DNA of 64,000 nucleotides, from positions 1 to 64,000 of the forward strand of contig MFPR01000004.1 in assembly GCA_001784175.1 (NCBI GenBank), given 5' to 3'. Below, in pieces: positions 28,001 through 38,056 of the stretch; positions within the stretch are counted from its first letter, which is position 1, and each line of letters opens with the position of its first letter. A program made the position numbers and the translations under genes. The notes beneath the pieces are model-generated. The model did no database searches. It had not been told where the DNA came from and saw only the letters and a list, made by a program, of their open reading frames with translations. The DNA is from Candidatus Lindowbacteria bacterium RIFCSPLOWO2_12_FULL_62_27. GTDB taxonomy: Bacteria; Lindowbacteria; 2-12-FULL-62-27.

Positions 28001-29314
28001 ATGGCGCAAACACGGAGGGGTCATAGCTGCAGTTTGTCCATTCACCTCCTCTCCCCCCGCAGGGGGGAGAGGATTGAGGTGAGGGGGGCAACTGGCGTTC
28101 GGCCACCCTCACCCCTACCCTCTCCCGCCGAAAGCGGGAGAGGGAGACAGAGTCAACAGCAACAGAGGGGTCATACTTGCAGTTTTGCAGTTTTGGCTGC
28201 GCTGGTGACAGTACTGATTGTCGGATGTGGGAAAGGCGCGGTTGAACCGCAACATGCTGTTGACCCGGAATTCCCGCCGCTGGCCGCGCTCGGGCCCGTC
28301 TCCGTGCCGCAGGACAACCCGATCACGCCGGCCAAGGTCAAACTCGGGCGGCTCCTCTTTTTCGATCAGCGCACGTCCGGCGACGTTTCGACCTCGTGTA
28401 AATCCTGCCACACGCCGGAACTCGGCTGGGGCGACGGCCAGGCCATCTCGCGGGGATATCCGGGCACGCGGCATTGGCGCAACTCTCAGACCGTCGTCAA
28501 CTCGGCCTATCTCACCAAATTGTTCTGGGGCGGCGAGGTCACGTCGCTGGAGAGCCAGGCCAACAGCGCCATCACGGGCAATCTCGCCGGAAACGGCGAC
28601 CCCGTGATGATCGAAGAGCGGCTGGCGCAGATTCCCGAATACGTCGCATTGTTCAAAGAAGTCTTCGGCGTCGACCAGCCGACGTACAATCTTGCGCTGA
28701 AGGCCATCGCAACATTCGAGCGCGCCGAGGTCGTGGACAACAACACGCCGTTCGACCGATACATGCGCGGAGACAAAAACGCCATTTCGCCGTCGGCCGT
28801 GCGGGGAAAGACATTGTTTGAAGGAAAGGCCAACTGTATCCGCTGCCATAACGGGGCGCTGCTATCAGACGAAAATTATCACAACTTGGGAGTTCCGCCG
28901 CCGCCGCAGTTCGAAAAGGACGTCCTCATGCAGGTGTCCCTCCGATACCAGCACTACAGCCGCGGCGTGCCGGAAGAGGTGTACCTGAAGGCCGACCGGG
29001 ATCTGGGTCTGTACTACACAACGAAGCGCGAAGAGGACAAAGGCCGGTTGCGCACACCGCCGCTTCGATACATCCGATACACGGCGCCCTACATGCACAA
29101 CGGCGTGTTCGCGACGTTGGAGAAGGTCGTCGATTTCTATAACAAAGGCGGCGGAGACGACCCGGCCAGGAGCATACTTCTCGCGCCGCTGAATCTCACA
29201 CCGCCTGAAAAAGCGGATCTTCTCGAATTCCTCCAGACCTTGAGCGGCCCGGAAATTCTCATGGAACCGCCGGCCATGCCGGAATACAAACCCATTGAAG
29301 TGGGGAGGCGATAA
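28001..29314 (+). CDS. Second diheme cytochrome c peroxidase family lipoprotein (IdrP-like), with a repeat in its 5' end
   Basis: Lipobox IVGC; CKSCH, CIRCH, PYMHNG. Confidence 0.9.
   Translation: MAQTRRGHSCSLSIHLLSPRRGERIEVRGATGVRPPSPLPSPAESGRGRQSQQQQRGHTCSFAVLAALVTVLIVGCGKGAVEPQHAVDPEFPPLAALGPVSVPQDNPITPAKVKLGRLLFFDQRTSGDVSTSCKSCHTPELGWGDGQAISRGYPGTRHWRNSQTVVNSAYLTKLFWGGEVTSLESQANSAITGNLAGNGDPVMIEERLAQIPEYVALFKEVFGVDQPTYNLALKAIATFERAEVVDNNTPFDRYMRGDKNAISPSAVRGKTLFEGKANCIRCHNGALLSDENYHNLGVPPPPQFEKDVLMQVSLRYQHYSRGVPEEVYLKADRDLGLYYTTKREEDKGRLRTPPLRYIRYTAPYMHNGVFATLEKVVDFYNKGGGDDPARSILLAPLNLTPPEKADLLEFLQTLSGPEILMEPPAMPEYKPIEVGRR
28042..28146. repeat. Palindromic REP-like element inside the ORF 5' end
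   Basis: Similar to 8976-9096; flanked by imperfect direct repeats gaggggtcata..tgcagttt. Confidence 0.85.
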
Positions 29315-29317
29315 CGG

Positions 29318-29869
29318 ATGGACGTCCAGACACCCTGCGTGAACCGCCGCCAATTTTTGCTGGCCGGCGCAGTCTCGGCGATGACGGTAACGCTTGGCTC
29401 GCTCTTCAAAGGCCGCGTGTTCGCCGCGGACGAGCACAAAACCGCGACCGTCTACGGATTTGAAAAGAAATGGATCGCCAAACTTTCGGAAATCAAAACT
29501 GGCGACACGATCGTGTTCCTGTTTCCGCGCGAAGACGCCCATTCGCTCTGCACGCTCTACAAACTGGGCGTCCGGGCCGGAGGCGGCATCGGGCCGGATC
29601 AGGACATCGTCGCTTTCAGCGATCTGTGCACCCACATGGGCGGGCTTTTGCGCGGCAACGTTGATTTCAAATCCGCGGTTGCCGGACCGTGCCCCATGCA
29701 CCTGACGACGTTCGACCTGCGGCGGCACGGCATGGTCGTGAGCGGCCAAGCCACGCAGAACCTGCCGCAGATTGTGCTCGAAACCGACGGCAACGATGTT
29801 TTCGCCGCCGGCGTCGTAGGACTCCTCTACGGCCACCATAATAATATGGAGAGGCGGGACCGGGCATGA
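29318..29869 (+). CDS. idrB: AioB/IdrB-like Rieske subunit
   Basis: Tat RRQFL; GGIGPDQDIVAFS; CTHMGG and CPMH (no disulfide Cys); GQATQNLP. Confidence 0.8.
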   Translation: MDVQTPCVNRRQFLLAGAVSAMTVTLGSLFKGRVFAADEHKTATVYGFEKKWIAKLSEIKTGDTIVFLFPREDAHSLCTLYKLGVRAGGGIGPDQDIVAFSDLCTHMGGLLRGNVDFKSAVAGPCPMHLTTFDLRRHGMVVSGQATQNLPQIVLETDGNDVFAAGVVGLLYGHHNNMERRDRA

Positions 29870-32583
29870 CGGCAAAATACGAACCGAAGGACCACGTGCC
29901 TCTGCCTCCGAAAGATGCCAGCGTTCATACGACCGCGTGCGATTACTGCATCGTCGGCTGCGGCTACAAGGCCTTTGTCTGGCCCAAAGGACGTGAGGGT
30001 GGGCCTGGCAAAGCCGAAAACGCGCTCGGGATCGATTTCCCCGTTCCGGCGCTCTCAGGCCGATGGCCCAGTCCCAATCAGCACAACGAGTGTCTGGTCG
30101 GCGGCAAGAAACACAACGTGATCGTCCTGCCCGACCCAGATGCGACCGTGGTCAACCGCGGCGGCAATCACTCGATCCGCGGCGGATGCCTCGCGCAGAA
30201 AGTCTACAACCCCGACGGCCCGACCGCGGACCGGCTCAAGACGCCGCAGATCCGGGTGAACGGAACGCTCGTTCCGGTTTCGTGGGATGCGGCCTTTGAC
30301 ATCATGGCCGGCGTTTCACGGCACGTTCTGTCGAACTTCGGCGAGTCGGCGTGGGCGATGAAGACATATTCCTACCAGTATTTCGAAAACACCTATGCCA
30401 TCTCAAAACTGGCGTTCGAGTCCATCCAGACACCGGCCTATTCGGAGCACGACAAGCCTGGACCCGGCAACGACACGGCCGGCGTTGATGACTCGGGGAT
30501 CGTGACGTTCAGCGCGTCGTATCACGACTGGGAGCAGGCGGCCGTTTTATTTATTTCCGGCACCGATCCCTACGAGACGAAAACGATCATTTTCACGGAA
30601 TGGATGATGAAAGGCGCGCCGAACAAGATCATCATGGTCAATCCCAGGCGCACGGCCGGCGCGGCCTACGCCGAAAAAACCGGCGGGCTGTATCTGCCGA
30701 TCATTCCCGGCACTGACACGATTCTGCATCTGGCGCTGGCGCGGATCATTCTCGAAAACGGCTGGGAGGACCGCGAGTTCATCGATCACTGGATCGCGAC
30801 CAAATGGGAGATCGATTCCGGGTTCGGCCGCGGCCCCCGCAATACGCCGGTGGAGTGGCGGACGACCTGGGACAAAATCGGCGTCACCGATTTCGCCGCC
30901 TACAAAGAATGGCTGCTCGCCCAGCCGTATTCGGACTTGAACACCGCGGCGCAACTGACGGGCATCCCCGCGAAAAAAATCCGGGCGACGGCCGAACTCA
31001 TCGCCAAACCCATCGGCGGCGTACACCCGAAAACGTCTTTTGGATTCGAAAAGGGAAATTACTGGAGCAATAATTATCTGAATACCGCGTCCTTCGCCGC
31101 GCTGGCGCTCCTCTGTGGCGCCGGCAACCGTCCCGGCCGCGTGATTTCGCGTCTCGGCGGCCACCAGCGCGGCTGGGCCTCGAACGCCGCGTCTTATCCG
31201 CGCATCCAGTCGCCGAACAAATACCAGGGCCGGCGAAAACAGGAGATCGATCTGGACCGATGGGTCGAGGCCGGGCATGTCCGCTTTGCCTACGTCATCG
31301 GCACCACGTGGCTTCAGGCAATGGCCGCCAGCCAGGAACTGGCGCGGACATTCCAAAAACTTACGCGGGATAATCCTCATCAGGTTTCGTCATCGGACGC
31401 ATCTTCGGCGGTGGACGCGCTGAAAAAACGCGCCGACTCCGGCGGCATGGTCGTGGTCCATCAGGACATCTATCCGGTTGATCCGATCGCCACCGAGTAC
31501 GCGGACCTCGTGTTGCCGGCGGCCACGTGGGGCGAGGAGGATTTCTCGAGGGCCAACGGCGAGCGGCGGATCAGGCTCTATTCGAAATTTTGCGACGCGC
31601 CGGGCGAGGCCAAACCGGACTGGTGGATCATCTCGGGTTTCGCGCGGAAAATGGGGTTCAAGGATTACGACTGGAAAGATTCGAATCAGGTGTTCGAGGA
31701 GGGCGCGCGATTTTCCCGCGGCGGCGTCCTCAATTATCATCCGCTGGTCTGGTACGCCAAACAAATCGGCATGCGGGGGCATGACGTCCTGCGGGCGATG
31801 GGCACGCGAGGGATTCAGGGGCCGGTTCGGTTTAGAGAGAAACCGACGGAAAACGCCGAGTATCTGGACTACGCCGGATTTTTTTCCTCGCCCAAACGGC
31901 GCGGCATGATCGTCGGCACCAAACGCCTGCACGACCCCGATCACGATTTCGGCGCGCCGGAAGGCCCGACCGTTCACCAAAAATGGCTTTCGGCGTTCGG
32001 CTCGCACAGCGGCAAGGCGCTTCTGCACAAGACGCCGTGGGATTTGTATTCAGATTTTTTTGAACGGATCACGCCCCGCGAGGACGAGTTGTGGGTGACA
32101 AGCGGCCGGATCAACGAGCGCTGGCAGTCAGCATTCGACGATTCTCGGCGGCCGTACATCATGCAGCGCTGGCCCGGGCAATTCGTCGAAGTCCACTCGG
32201 AGGACGCCCAAAAACGCGGGATCGAAAGCGGCGACGAGGTGCTGATCTGGAGCGACGACGTGCTGATTCAAACCGGCGGATTCGTCGCCACCAAAGACGG
32301 CGAGATGACGTACACGGAACTGGAGAAGGCCGGCCGGATCCGGATCGGGCACGGCGAATTCAAAGGCGTGGCGATCGTCACCGATGACATCAGGCCCGGC
32401 GTGGTCTTCGCCGATTTTCTCTGGCCGGCCGCGCCCGCCAACAGCGTCGTCCACCGCGTTCCCGATCCGATCACACTCCGATACCGGTTCAAACTTGGCA
32501 AAGGCAGGATCAAAAAAATCGGCGAATCGCCCTACAAGAAAACGTTCGATGAAATGAGTTTCGCCCCGAGGACGGTGATGTAA
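29866..32583 (+). CDS. idrA: AioA-family molybdoenzyme, most like iodate reductase IdrA
   Basis: VPLPPKDA, CDYCIVGC...HSIRGG [3Fe-4S] motif, KTYSYQYFENTYAI, HDKP...ND, EKGNYWSNNY, GGHQRG; adjacent Rieske gene and two peroxidase genes. Confidence 0.78.
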   Translation: MTAKYEPKDHVPLPPKDASVHTTACDYCIVGCGYKAFVWPKGREGGPGKAENALGIDFPVPALSGRWPSPNQHNECLVGGKKHNVIVLPDPDATVVNRGGNHSIRGGCLAQKVYNPDGPTADRLKTPQIRVNGTLVPVSWDAAFDIMAGVSRHVLSNFGESAWAMKTYSYQYFENTYAISKLAFESIQTPAYSEHDKPGPGNDTAGVDDSGIVTFSASYHDWEQAAVLFISGTDPYETKTIIFTEWMMKGAPNKIIMVNPRRTAGAAYAEKTGGLYLPIIPGTDTILHLALARIILENGWEDREFIDHWIATKWEIDSGFGRGPRNTPVEWRTTWDKIGVTDFAAYKEWLLAQPYSDLNTAAQLTGIPAKKIRATAELIAKPIGGVHPKTSFGFEKGNYWSNNYLNTASFAALALLCGAGNRPGRVISRLGGHQRGWASNAASYPRIQSPNKYQGRRKQEIDLDRWVEAGHVRFAYVIGTTWLQAMAASQELARTFQKLTRDNPHQVSSSDASSAVDALKKRADSGGMVVVHQDIYPVDPIATEYADLVLPAATWGEEDFSRANGERRIRLYSKFCDAPGEAKPDWWIISGFARKMGFKDYDWKDSNQVFEEGARFSRGGVLNYHPLVWYAKQIGMRGHDVLRAMGTRGIQGPVRFREKPTENAEYLDYAGFFSSPKRRGMIVGTKRLHDPDHDFGAPEGPTVHQKWLSAFGSHSGKALLHKTPWDLYSDFFERITPREDELWVTSGRINERWQSAFDDSRRPYIMQRWPGQFVEVHSEDAQKRGIESGDEVLIWSDDVLIQTGGFVATKDGEMTYTELEKAGRIRIGHGEFKGVAIVTDDIRPGVVFADFLWPAAPANSVVHRVPDPITLRYRFKLGKGRIKKIGESPYKKTFDEMSFAPRTVM

Positions 32584-33414
32584 ATGGGAGAGCACCGTCG
32601 ATCTTTCCGCGCCGCTCTTATTCTTTCGTCGTCGCTGATGTGGGCGGCCTGCGGCTCTCCACCAAAATCCATCGCTCCGTCGGGACCGCCGATTTGGGAG
32701 GAACTGGCGCAGGCGCGCCCGGTGGGTGAGTCTTCCGGTTCGTCGGCGCATGGCCGGGCGGCCTACGAGGCGCACTGCGCCGCCTGTCACGGCATTCGCG
32801 GGGACGGCGGAGGGCCGGCGGCGCAATTTCTCGCCACGCCGCCGCGCGATTTCACCAGGGGCGTCTTCCGGTTTCGGACGACCGTCGGCGAAGGCATGCC
32901 GCAGGATGAGGATTTGTTCCGCAGTGTCACTGCCGGTTTTTCCGCCTACGGGATGCCGTCCTTCGCGTATCTGCCGGCCGGAGAACGCTGGGCGCTGGTC
33001 GATTACGTCAAAACTTTTTATCCGAAGTGGGACGCGTTCGGTGTCGGAGAAACTCTGGCCATCGGCGCGGAGCCGCCGCGGTTGCCCGGCTGGGAAGAGC
33101 GCGGCCGGCGACTCTATGAAACCAAATTCGACTGCAAAAAATGCCATGGCCTCACCGGGCATGGCGACGGGCCATCGGCGAAGGACCTCAAGGACGAACA
33201 CGGCCGAAGGATACGTCCCCGCGATTACTCGCTGGGACCGGTGTTTCGCAAATCCGGATGGCGCCCGCGCGACACCGTGCGCGTCATGGCCACCGGATTG
33301 CCCGGCACGCCCATGACGGGTTACTTCGAACAATTGAACGATCCAAACGACCTCACGGAATTCTGGGAGGCCGCGTGGTACGTCGAGCGGCTGGATCAAT
33401 CGACCCGGAGATGA
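32584..33414 (+). CDS. Diheme cytochrome c lipoprotein
   Basis: WAAC lipobox-like; CAACH and CKKCH; PRDFTRG, GTPM. Confidence 0.85.
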   Translation: MGEHRRSFRAALILSSSLMWAACGSPPKSIAPSGPPIWEELAQARPVGESSGSSAHGRAAYEAHCAACHGIRGDGGGPAAQFLATPPRDFTRGVFRFRTTVGEGMPQDEDLFRSVTAGFSAYGMPSFAYLPAGERWALVDYVKTFYPKWDAFGVGETLAIGAEPPRLPGWEERGRRLYETKFDCKKCHGLTGHGDGPSAKDLKDEHGRRIRPRDYSLGPVFRKSGWRPRDTVRVMATGLPGTPMTGYFEQLNDPNDLTEFWEAAWYVERLDQSTRR

Positions 33415-33482
33415 GAAAATTCCAAGCACGGTCGCCGCAGGGGACAGGGGCCAAACCCCGATGCGGCATGGCGGCTTGATTT

Positions 33483-33511
33483 ATACACATTTTATCGATA
33501 TTATTGTGTAT
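33483..33511. promoter_or_regulatory. Inverted repeat operator upstream of vapBC
   Basis: atacaca...tgtgtat overlapping an AT-rich promoter. Confidence 0.5.
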
Positions 33512-33528
33512 CGAGGAGGTGATGAGAA

Positions 33529-33738
33529 ATGTCGAAGGTCCGAACCAATGTTGTTTTGGACGAGCCCCTGGTCCGCCGCGCGATGAAAATTTTGGGCGCG
33601 AAAAGCAAGCGCGAGGCGATTCATACGGCGCTGAAAAAGGCGGTGGAGTTGGGCGCAGTCTATTCGAAGGCCCTTGCGTCGGGCGGCAAGTTGACGTGGG
33701 AGGGGGAACTGCGGCGTGAAGCGCGAATCCGCGCCTGA
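33529..33738 (+). CDS. vapB: VapB antitoxin
   Basis: RTNVVLDE.L...A....G.KSKRE.I..AL; W.G.L motif. Confidence 0.85.
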   Translation: MSKVRTNVVLDEPLVRRAMKILGAKSKREAIHTALKKAVELGAVYSKALASGGKLTWEGELRREARIRA

Positions 33739-34136
33739 TGCTTGTTGACTCTTCCGTCTGGATCGATCACTATGCCGGGCGCCATTCGGCGGTCTGCGGC
33801 GTCCTGCGCGAAGCGCTCGCAAGCGGCCGGCCGATATTTGTCACAGATATCATCGTGGTCGAAGTTTTACAGGGATTCCGTTCCGACGGAGACTTTGACA
33901 CGGCCGCCGGCCAACTCCCCAAGTTTCCACGGCTGGCGCTTGACGACAAGGGTCATCTGGCGGCGGCGGGGCTATCCCGCCAACTCCGCGCCAAAGGCGT
34001 CAATTTCGGAAGCGTCATAGACATTCTGATCGCGCAAATCGCTCTCACACACAATCAGCCGCTCCTCACGGGTGACGCCGGGTTCAAGCGAATTGCCGAG
34101 CACACCAACCTGCGCCTGCTCGTGCAACCGGCGTAA
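33738..34136 (+). CDS. vapC: VapC PIN-domain toxin
   Basis: LVDSSVWI, EVLQG, IDILIA, LLTGD.GF. Confidence 0.9.
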   Translation: MLVDSSVWIDHYAGRHSAVCGVLREALASGRPIFVTDIIVVEVLQGFRSDGDFDTAAGQLPKFPRLALDDKGHLAAAGLSRQLRAKGVNFGSVIDILIAQIALTHNQPLLTGDAGFKRIAEHTNLRLLVQPA

Positions 34137-34302
34137 ACCAAGCGGCCTTCAGTGGATTGTAACGAAACAGGTCATAACATGTCTGCGGCTTCGGGATAGG
34201 GCCGCCCCCAGAATATAATATCGCACCTCCTGACAAGCAGATACGACGTTCTTCGCCTCTGCGTGAAATGGATGGTGTGTTTTTTGCAGATCTGTAGGAC
34301 TG

Positions 34303-36597
34303 ATGGAGAGCAAATCGCCTGACACGCCTGTTTCGAGACAGAAAAGCCATGAGAAGTCCAAGCCGGGGAATAAGGATCGGCCTTGGACCGCGGTTCTGGC
34401 CGTCCTCCTTTTTCTGGCCGCCTTTTTCGGCGGATTCGAAATCATCGAACGGGTTTACCTTCGGGATGTTTCGGAGATGTGGCTCCATAAAATGCATCTA
34501 TTTCGCGGGATCCTGGCGAGCGTGGCGACTGGTGGGCTGGTCGCCTATCTTCTGGAGGTTCGATTCCGGTCCGGGTCGACGGCGCGGCGCTTCGCCAACG
34601 ATGTCAACCCCTGGATCCACCGGCTTCAGGAAGTCAGCATTCGGACGAAGCTCATCGTTCCGTTCATCCTCCTCTCCACGCTGCCGGCCGCTGTTGTCGG
34701 CTATTATGCCATCGCTCATACCGGAAATACGTTGAAGAACGAAATTGTCAGCCAGGTCCAAAGCGAGGCTGTTGCCCGGGCGAACGATATGCAGGAATTT
34801 TTGCTTCAGGTGGAGACGGACGCGCGATTTCTGGCGAGTCTGGCGCCCATCCGGTCATTGGCCGGCCACAGGTCGGAGGCGTCCCGGTGCAAGGCCGAGG
34901 ATGCTCTGCTTGTTTTTTCACAGGGCCGTCGCGCGTTTTATCAAGTCCGGTATCTTGATAGCCGCGGAATGGAAATGGTCCGATTGAATCTGAAGGACGG
35001 CCGGCCCCTGCCGGTTCCGGCGGAGTTGCTTCAAGACAAATCGGACCGCTATTATTTTCGTGAAGGGATGGAGGCAAACGCAGGCGGAGTCTATGCGTCG
35101 CCGATGGACCTGAACATGGAATTCGGCCGGATCGAATCCCCGCCGAATCCGGTTGTCCGCTATGCGTCCCCTGTTCTGGACGAGCGCGGCGAGAAGGCCG
35201 GCCTCATCGTGATCAATCTCTTCGCCGAACATCTCTTTTCCGTTCTCAGGCCTTTTCCCAACCAAACGCGGATCATGATCCTGGACCGGTCGGGAGTTGT
35301 TCTGGCGTCCTCTCCCGAACAGCCGACAGGCGCAACCCGGATTCTGTTTCAGCCGGGACTAACTCTTTCGGAACTGGGATTATCCGGCGCATCCCGTCGG
35401 ATTCTCGCCGACACCGCCGGCATCCTCGAATCCAACGAATCGTTCATGATTCATGCGCCCATCCGGCGCACGGCGGATGAGGCGTGGGCAGGATGGATTT
35501 TCGCGGCCAAGACGCCTTTTTCCGCGGTGATTGCGCCTCTGCATCATCAAAAAGCGCTTTTGTATCTGGCGCTCAGCGCGATGATCGTCCTTGCGTGTCT
35601 GGTCGGCCTGCTCATCGGGCATTACATCACGCGTCCAATCATCCGGCTGGCGCGGGGGATGGAGGAGATCGCCGCGGGGCAATTTGACCTGCGCCTGAAC
35701 ATCGCCACCGGCGACGAGATCGAATTTCTGGCCCAGCAGGCCAACCGGATGGCGGAGAAACTCGGCGAGTCCGACCGCCGGCTTCGGAATTGGAACGACG
35801 AACTCCAAAAAGAGGTGTCCCGCCAGACGGAGGAAATCAGGCGGTCGCAGGAACATCTGGCAAGCGCCCAACATCTCGCCGCCATGGGCCAGTTCGCCGC
35901 CGGTGTCGCTCACGAGATCGGCAATCCGCTTGGCGCCATGAAACTCGCCGCACAGGCCATCGACGCCACAGCGGTCGCGTGGCCCCGCCCGGCCGATCCT
36001 GACCGTTGCAAAATCTGCGAGCCGGTTGTCGCGCATCCACGCATTCACACACTGGCCATGCGGCTGGTTGAAGAAATCGACCGGCTCGCCGGCATCGTCC
36101 GGAACTTCAACGCCTTCGCCCGGCCCGCGCCGACCCGGCTTGCGCCGTGCCAGCTTGAGGATATGATTGGGCCGCTGGTTGATCTGTCGAAAAAGACGGC
36201 GGAAAAGGCGGGCATCCGGATTGAAACCGACATTTCTCCCCGCCTTCCGGAAATCCTCGTCGATTTTCAGCAGGCGCGGCAGATTATTCTGAATCTCATT
36301 CTGAACGCCATTCAGGCGCAGCCCGGCGGCGGCCGGATCCTCGTGAGCGCCGCGCCGAACGGCGGGAACAAAGTGGCGGTCCATGTCAGCGACATGGGCG
36401 GAGGTATTCGGCCGGAGGACCGCGAAAAGATTTTTCAACCGTTTTACACGACACGCGCGGACGGCACAGGCCTGGGGCTTTCGGTCGCCCGGCGTCTGGC
36501 GGCGCAAAACAACGCCGAGTTGTACCTCGGCCATGCCAATGGCTGGAATACGGTGTTCACGCTGGAACTCAGGGCAATGGCGGGGGCGGCGACTTAG
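34303..36597 (+). CDS. Cache/HAMP sensor histidine kinase
   Basis: TM helices; QVRYLD..G.E, LQDKSDRYYF Cache domain; HAMP; AHEIGNPL; GTGLGL. Confidence 0.92.
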   Translation: MESKSPDTPVSRQKSHEKSKPGNKDRPWTAVLAVLLFLAAFFGGFEIIERVYLRDVSEMWLHKMHLFRGILASVATGGLVAYLLEVRFRSGSTARRFANDVNPWIHRLQEVSIRTKLIVPFILLSTLPAAVVGYYAIAHTGNTLKNEIVSQVQSEAVARANDMQEFLLQVETDARFLASLAPIRSLAGHRSEASRCKAEDALLVFSQGRRAFYQVRYLDSRGMEMVRLNLKDGRPLPVPAELLQDKSDRYYFREGMEANAGGVYASPMDLNMEFGRIESPPNPVVRYASPVLDERGEKAGLIVINLFAEHLFSVLRPFPNQTRIMILDRSGVVLASSPEQPTGATRILFQPGLTLSELGLSGASRRILADTAGILESNESFMIHAPIRRTADEAWAGWIFAAKTPFSAVIAPLHHQKALLYLALSAMIVLACLVGLLIGHYITRPIIRLARGMEEIAAGQFDLRLNIATGDEIEFLAQQANRMAEKLGESDRRLRNWNDELQKEVSRQTEEIRRSQEHLASAQHLAAMGQFAAGVAHEIGNPLGAMKLAAQAIDATAVAWPRPADPDRCKICEPVVAHPRIHTLAMRLVEEIDRLAGIVRNFNAFARPAPTRLAPCQLEDMIGPLVDLSKKTAEKAGIRIETDISPRLPEILVDFQQARQIILNLILNAIQAQPGGGRILVSAAPNGGNKVAVHVSDMGGGIRPEDREKIFQPFYTTRADGTGLGLSVARRLAAQNNAELYLGHANGWNTVFTLELRAMAGAAT

Positions 36598-37935
36598 ATG
36601 GCGCGGATTCTGGTGATCGAAGACGACAAGAATCTCCGGCTCACCATCGACGATGTGTTGACGGGCGCAGGTCAGCACGTGACCGCCGCGGTCAGCGCCG
36701 GCGATGGGTGGGATCGCTTTTCCGCCGCTCACTTCGATCTTGCGCTCCTGGACATCCGCCTGCCGGATGGCAGCGGCGTTGATCTTTTCTCGAAGATCCG
36801 TTCTGTCGATCCAAATATGCCGGTGATCCTGATGACGGCCTTCCCCGACGCGTCGGCGGCCGTTGCCGCCATGAAAGCCGGCGCGACCGACTACCTAATC
36901 AAACCCTTCGATCTCGACGAGCTTCTCGTGACCGTCTCCAAGGCGCTCGAAGTGTCGCAACTCAAACACCTGGTGGCGTCCCAGCGCCGGCTCGCGGGCG
37001 CCGCCGCGTCGGAGATCATCGGCGAATCTGAAGTGGTCCGGCAAGTGCGGGATCTGATCTCGCGCGTCGCGCCGGCCTCTAACACCACCGTTCTCGTTCT
37101 CGGCGAAACCGGCGTGGGCAAGGAACTCGTCGCGAGCAGCATCCACGCGCAAAGTCCCCGCGCCGCCAAATCCATCATCCGGCTCAACTGCAGCGCCATC
37201 CCGGAAAATCTGCTCGAAGCGGAATTGTTCGGCGTCGAACGTGGCGCGTTCACGGACGCCAGGGAATCCCGCGAGGGACTCCTTCAGATGGCCGACGGCG
37301 GCACGCTCTACCTCGACGAAATCGGCGACATGTCTCTGGCGCTTCAACCCAAACTTCTTCGAGTCATTGAAGACAAAACCTATCGGAGGCTCGGCGGCCG
37401 GCGGGAATTTGTCGCCGATATCCGCATTCTGGCCTCCACCAACCACGACCTCGCGGCGGCCGTCGCGGCCGGGCGATTCCGCGAGGACCTCTATTATCGC
37501 CTCAAAGTCATGGTGATTCACGTGCCGCCGCTTAAAGCCAGGGGAAATGACATCCTCCTTCTGGCGCGGCATTTCCTCCGCCGATTCGGGAGCGAGCGCG
37601 GGCGGACGAATTTCAGCCTGTCTCCCGAGACCGAACAACGGCTTCTCTCCTATCACTGGCCGGGCAACGTCCGGGAACTCCGCAATCTTCTCGAACGCGC
37701 CGTCCTCCTGGCGCCATCCGATACCATCACGCCCGACCTCATTGTTCTTGACACGCCCACGCTCGGCCCGCCCGATAACGGCAACGCGTCGTTATCGGCC
37801 GCCGAAAAGCGCCACATCTTTTCGGTCCTCGCCCGCGCCGGCGGCAACAAAAGCCGCGCCGCCGAAGTGCTGGGCATCTCGCGTTCGACATTGAAAGAAA
37901 AACTGAAGGAGTACGGCGGGGAAATGATTTTGTGA
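36598..37935 (+). CDS. sigma54-dependent response regulator
   Basis: [25 protein letters not shown]; Fis-type HTH. Confidence 0.94.
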   Translation: MARILVIEDDKNLRLTIDDVLTGAGQHVTAAVSAGDGWDRFSAAHFDLALLDIRLPDGSGVDLFSKIRSVDPNMPVILMTAFPDASAAVAAMKAGATDYLIKPFDLDELLVTVSKALEVSQLKHLVASQRRLAGAAASEIIGESEVVRQVRDLISRVAPASNTTVLVLGETGVGKELVASSIHAQSPRAAKSIIRLNCSAIPENLLEAELFGVERGAFTDARESREGLLQMADGGTLYLDEIGDMSLALQPKLLRVIEDKTYRRLGGRREFVADIRILASTNHDLAAAVAAGRFREDLYYRLKVMVIHVPPLKARGNDILLLARHFLRRFGSERGRTNFSLSPETEQRLLSYHWPGNVRELRNLLERAVLLAPSDTITPDLIVLDTPTLGPPDNGNASLSAAEKRHIFSVLARAGGNKSRAAEVLGISRSTLKEKLKEYGGEMIL

Positions 37936-38056
37936 CCACCGGCAAGTAATTTGGGCTGTCCTTGCCGGGAGTGAAAATAGCGTTCAGAAAAATCATGTGA
38001 ATTTGTAATCTTCCTTACCGCCCCCCCGTTGCCTGCCTGTTAGTCTTGTCACTGTC

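Noticed and set aside
29866-32583. Canonical arsenite oxidase AioA
   Set aside because: Lacks HNRPAYNSE, the Rieske subunit lacks the disulfide Cys, and two peroxidases are adjacent; kept only as an alternative
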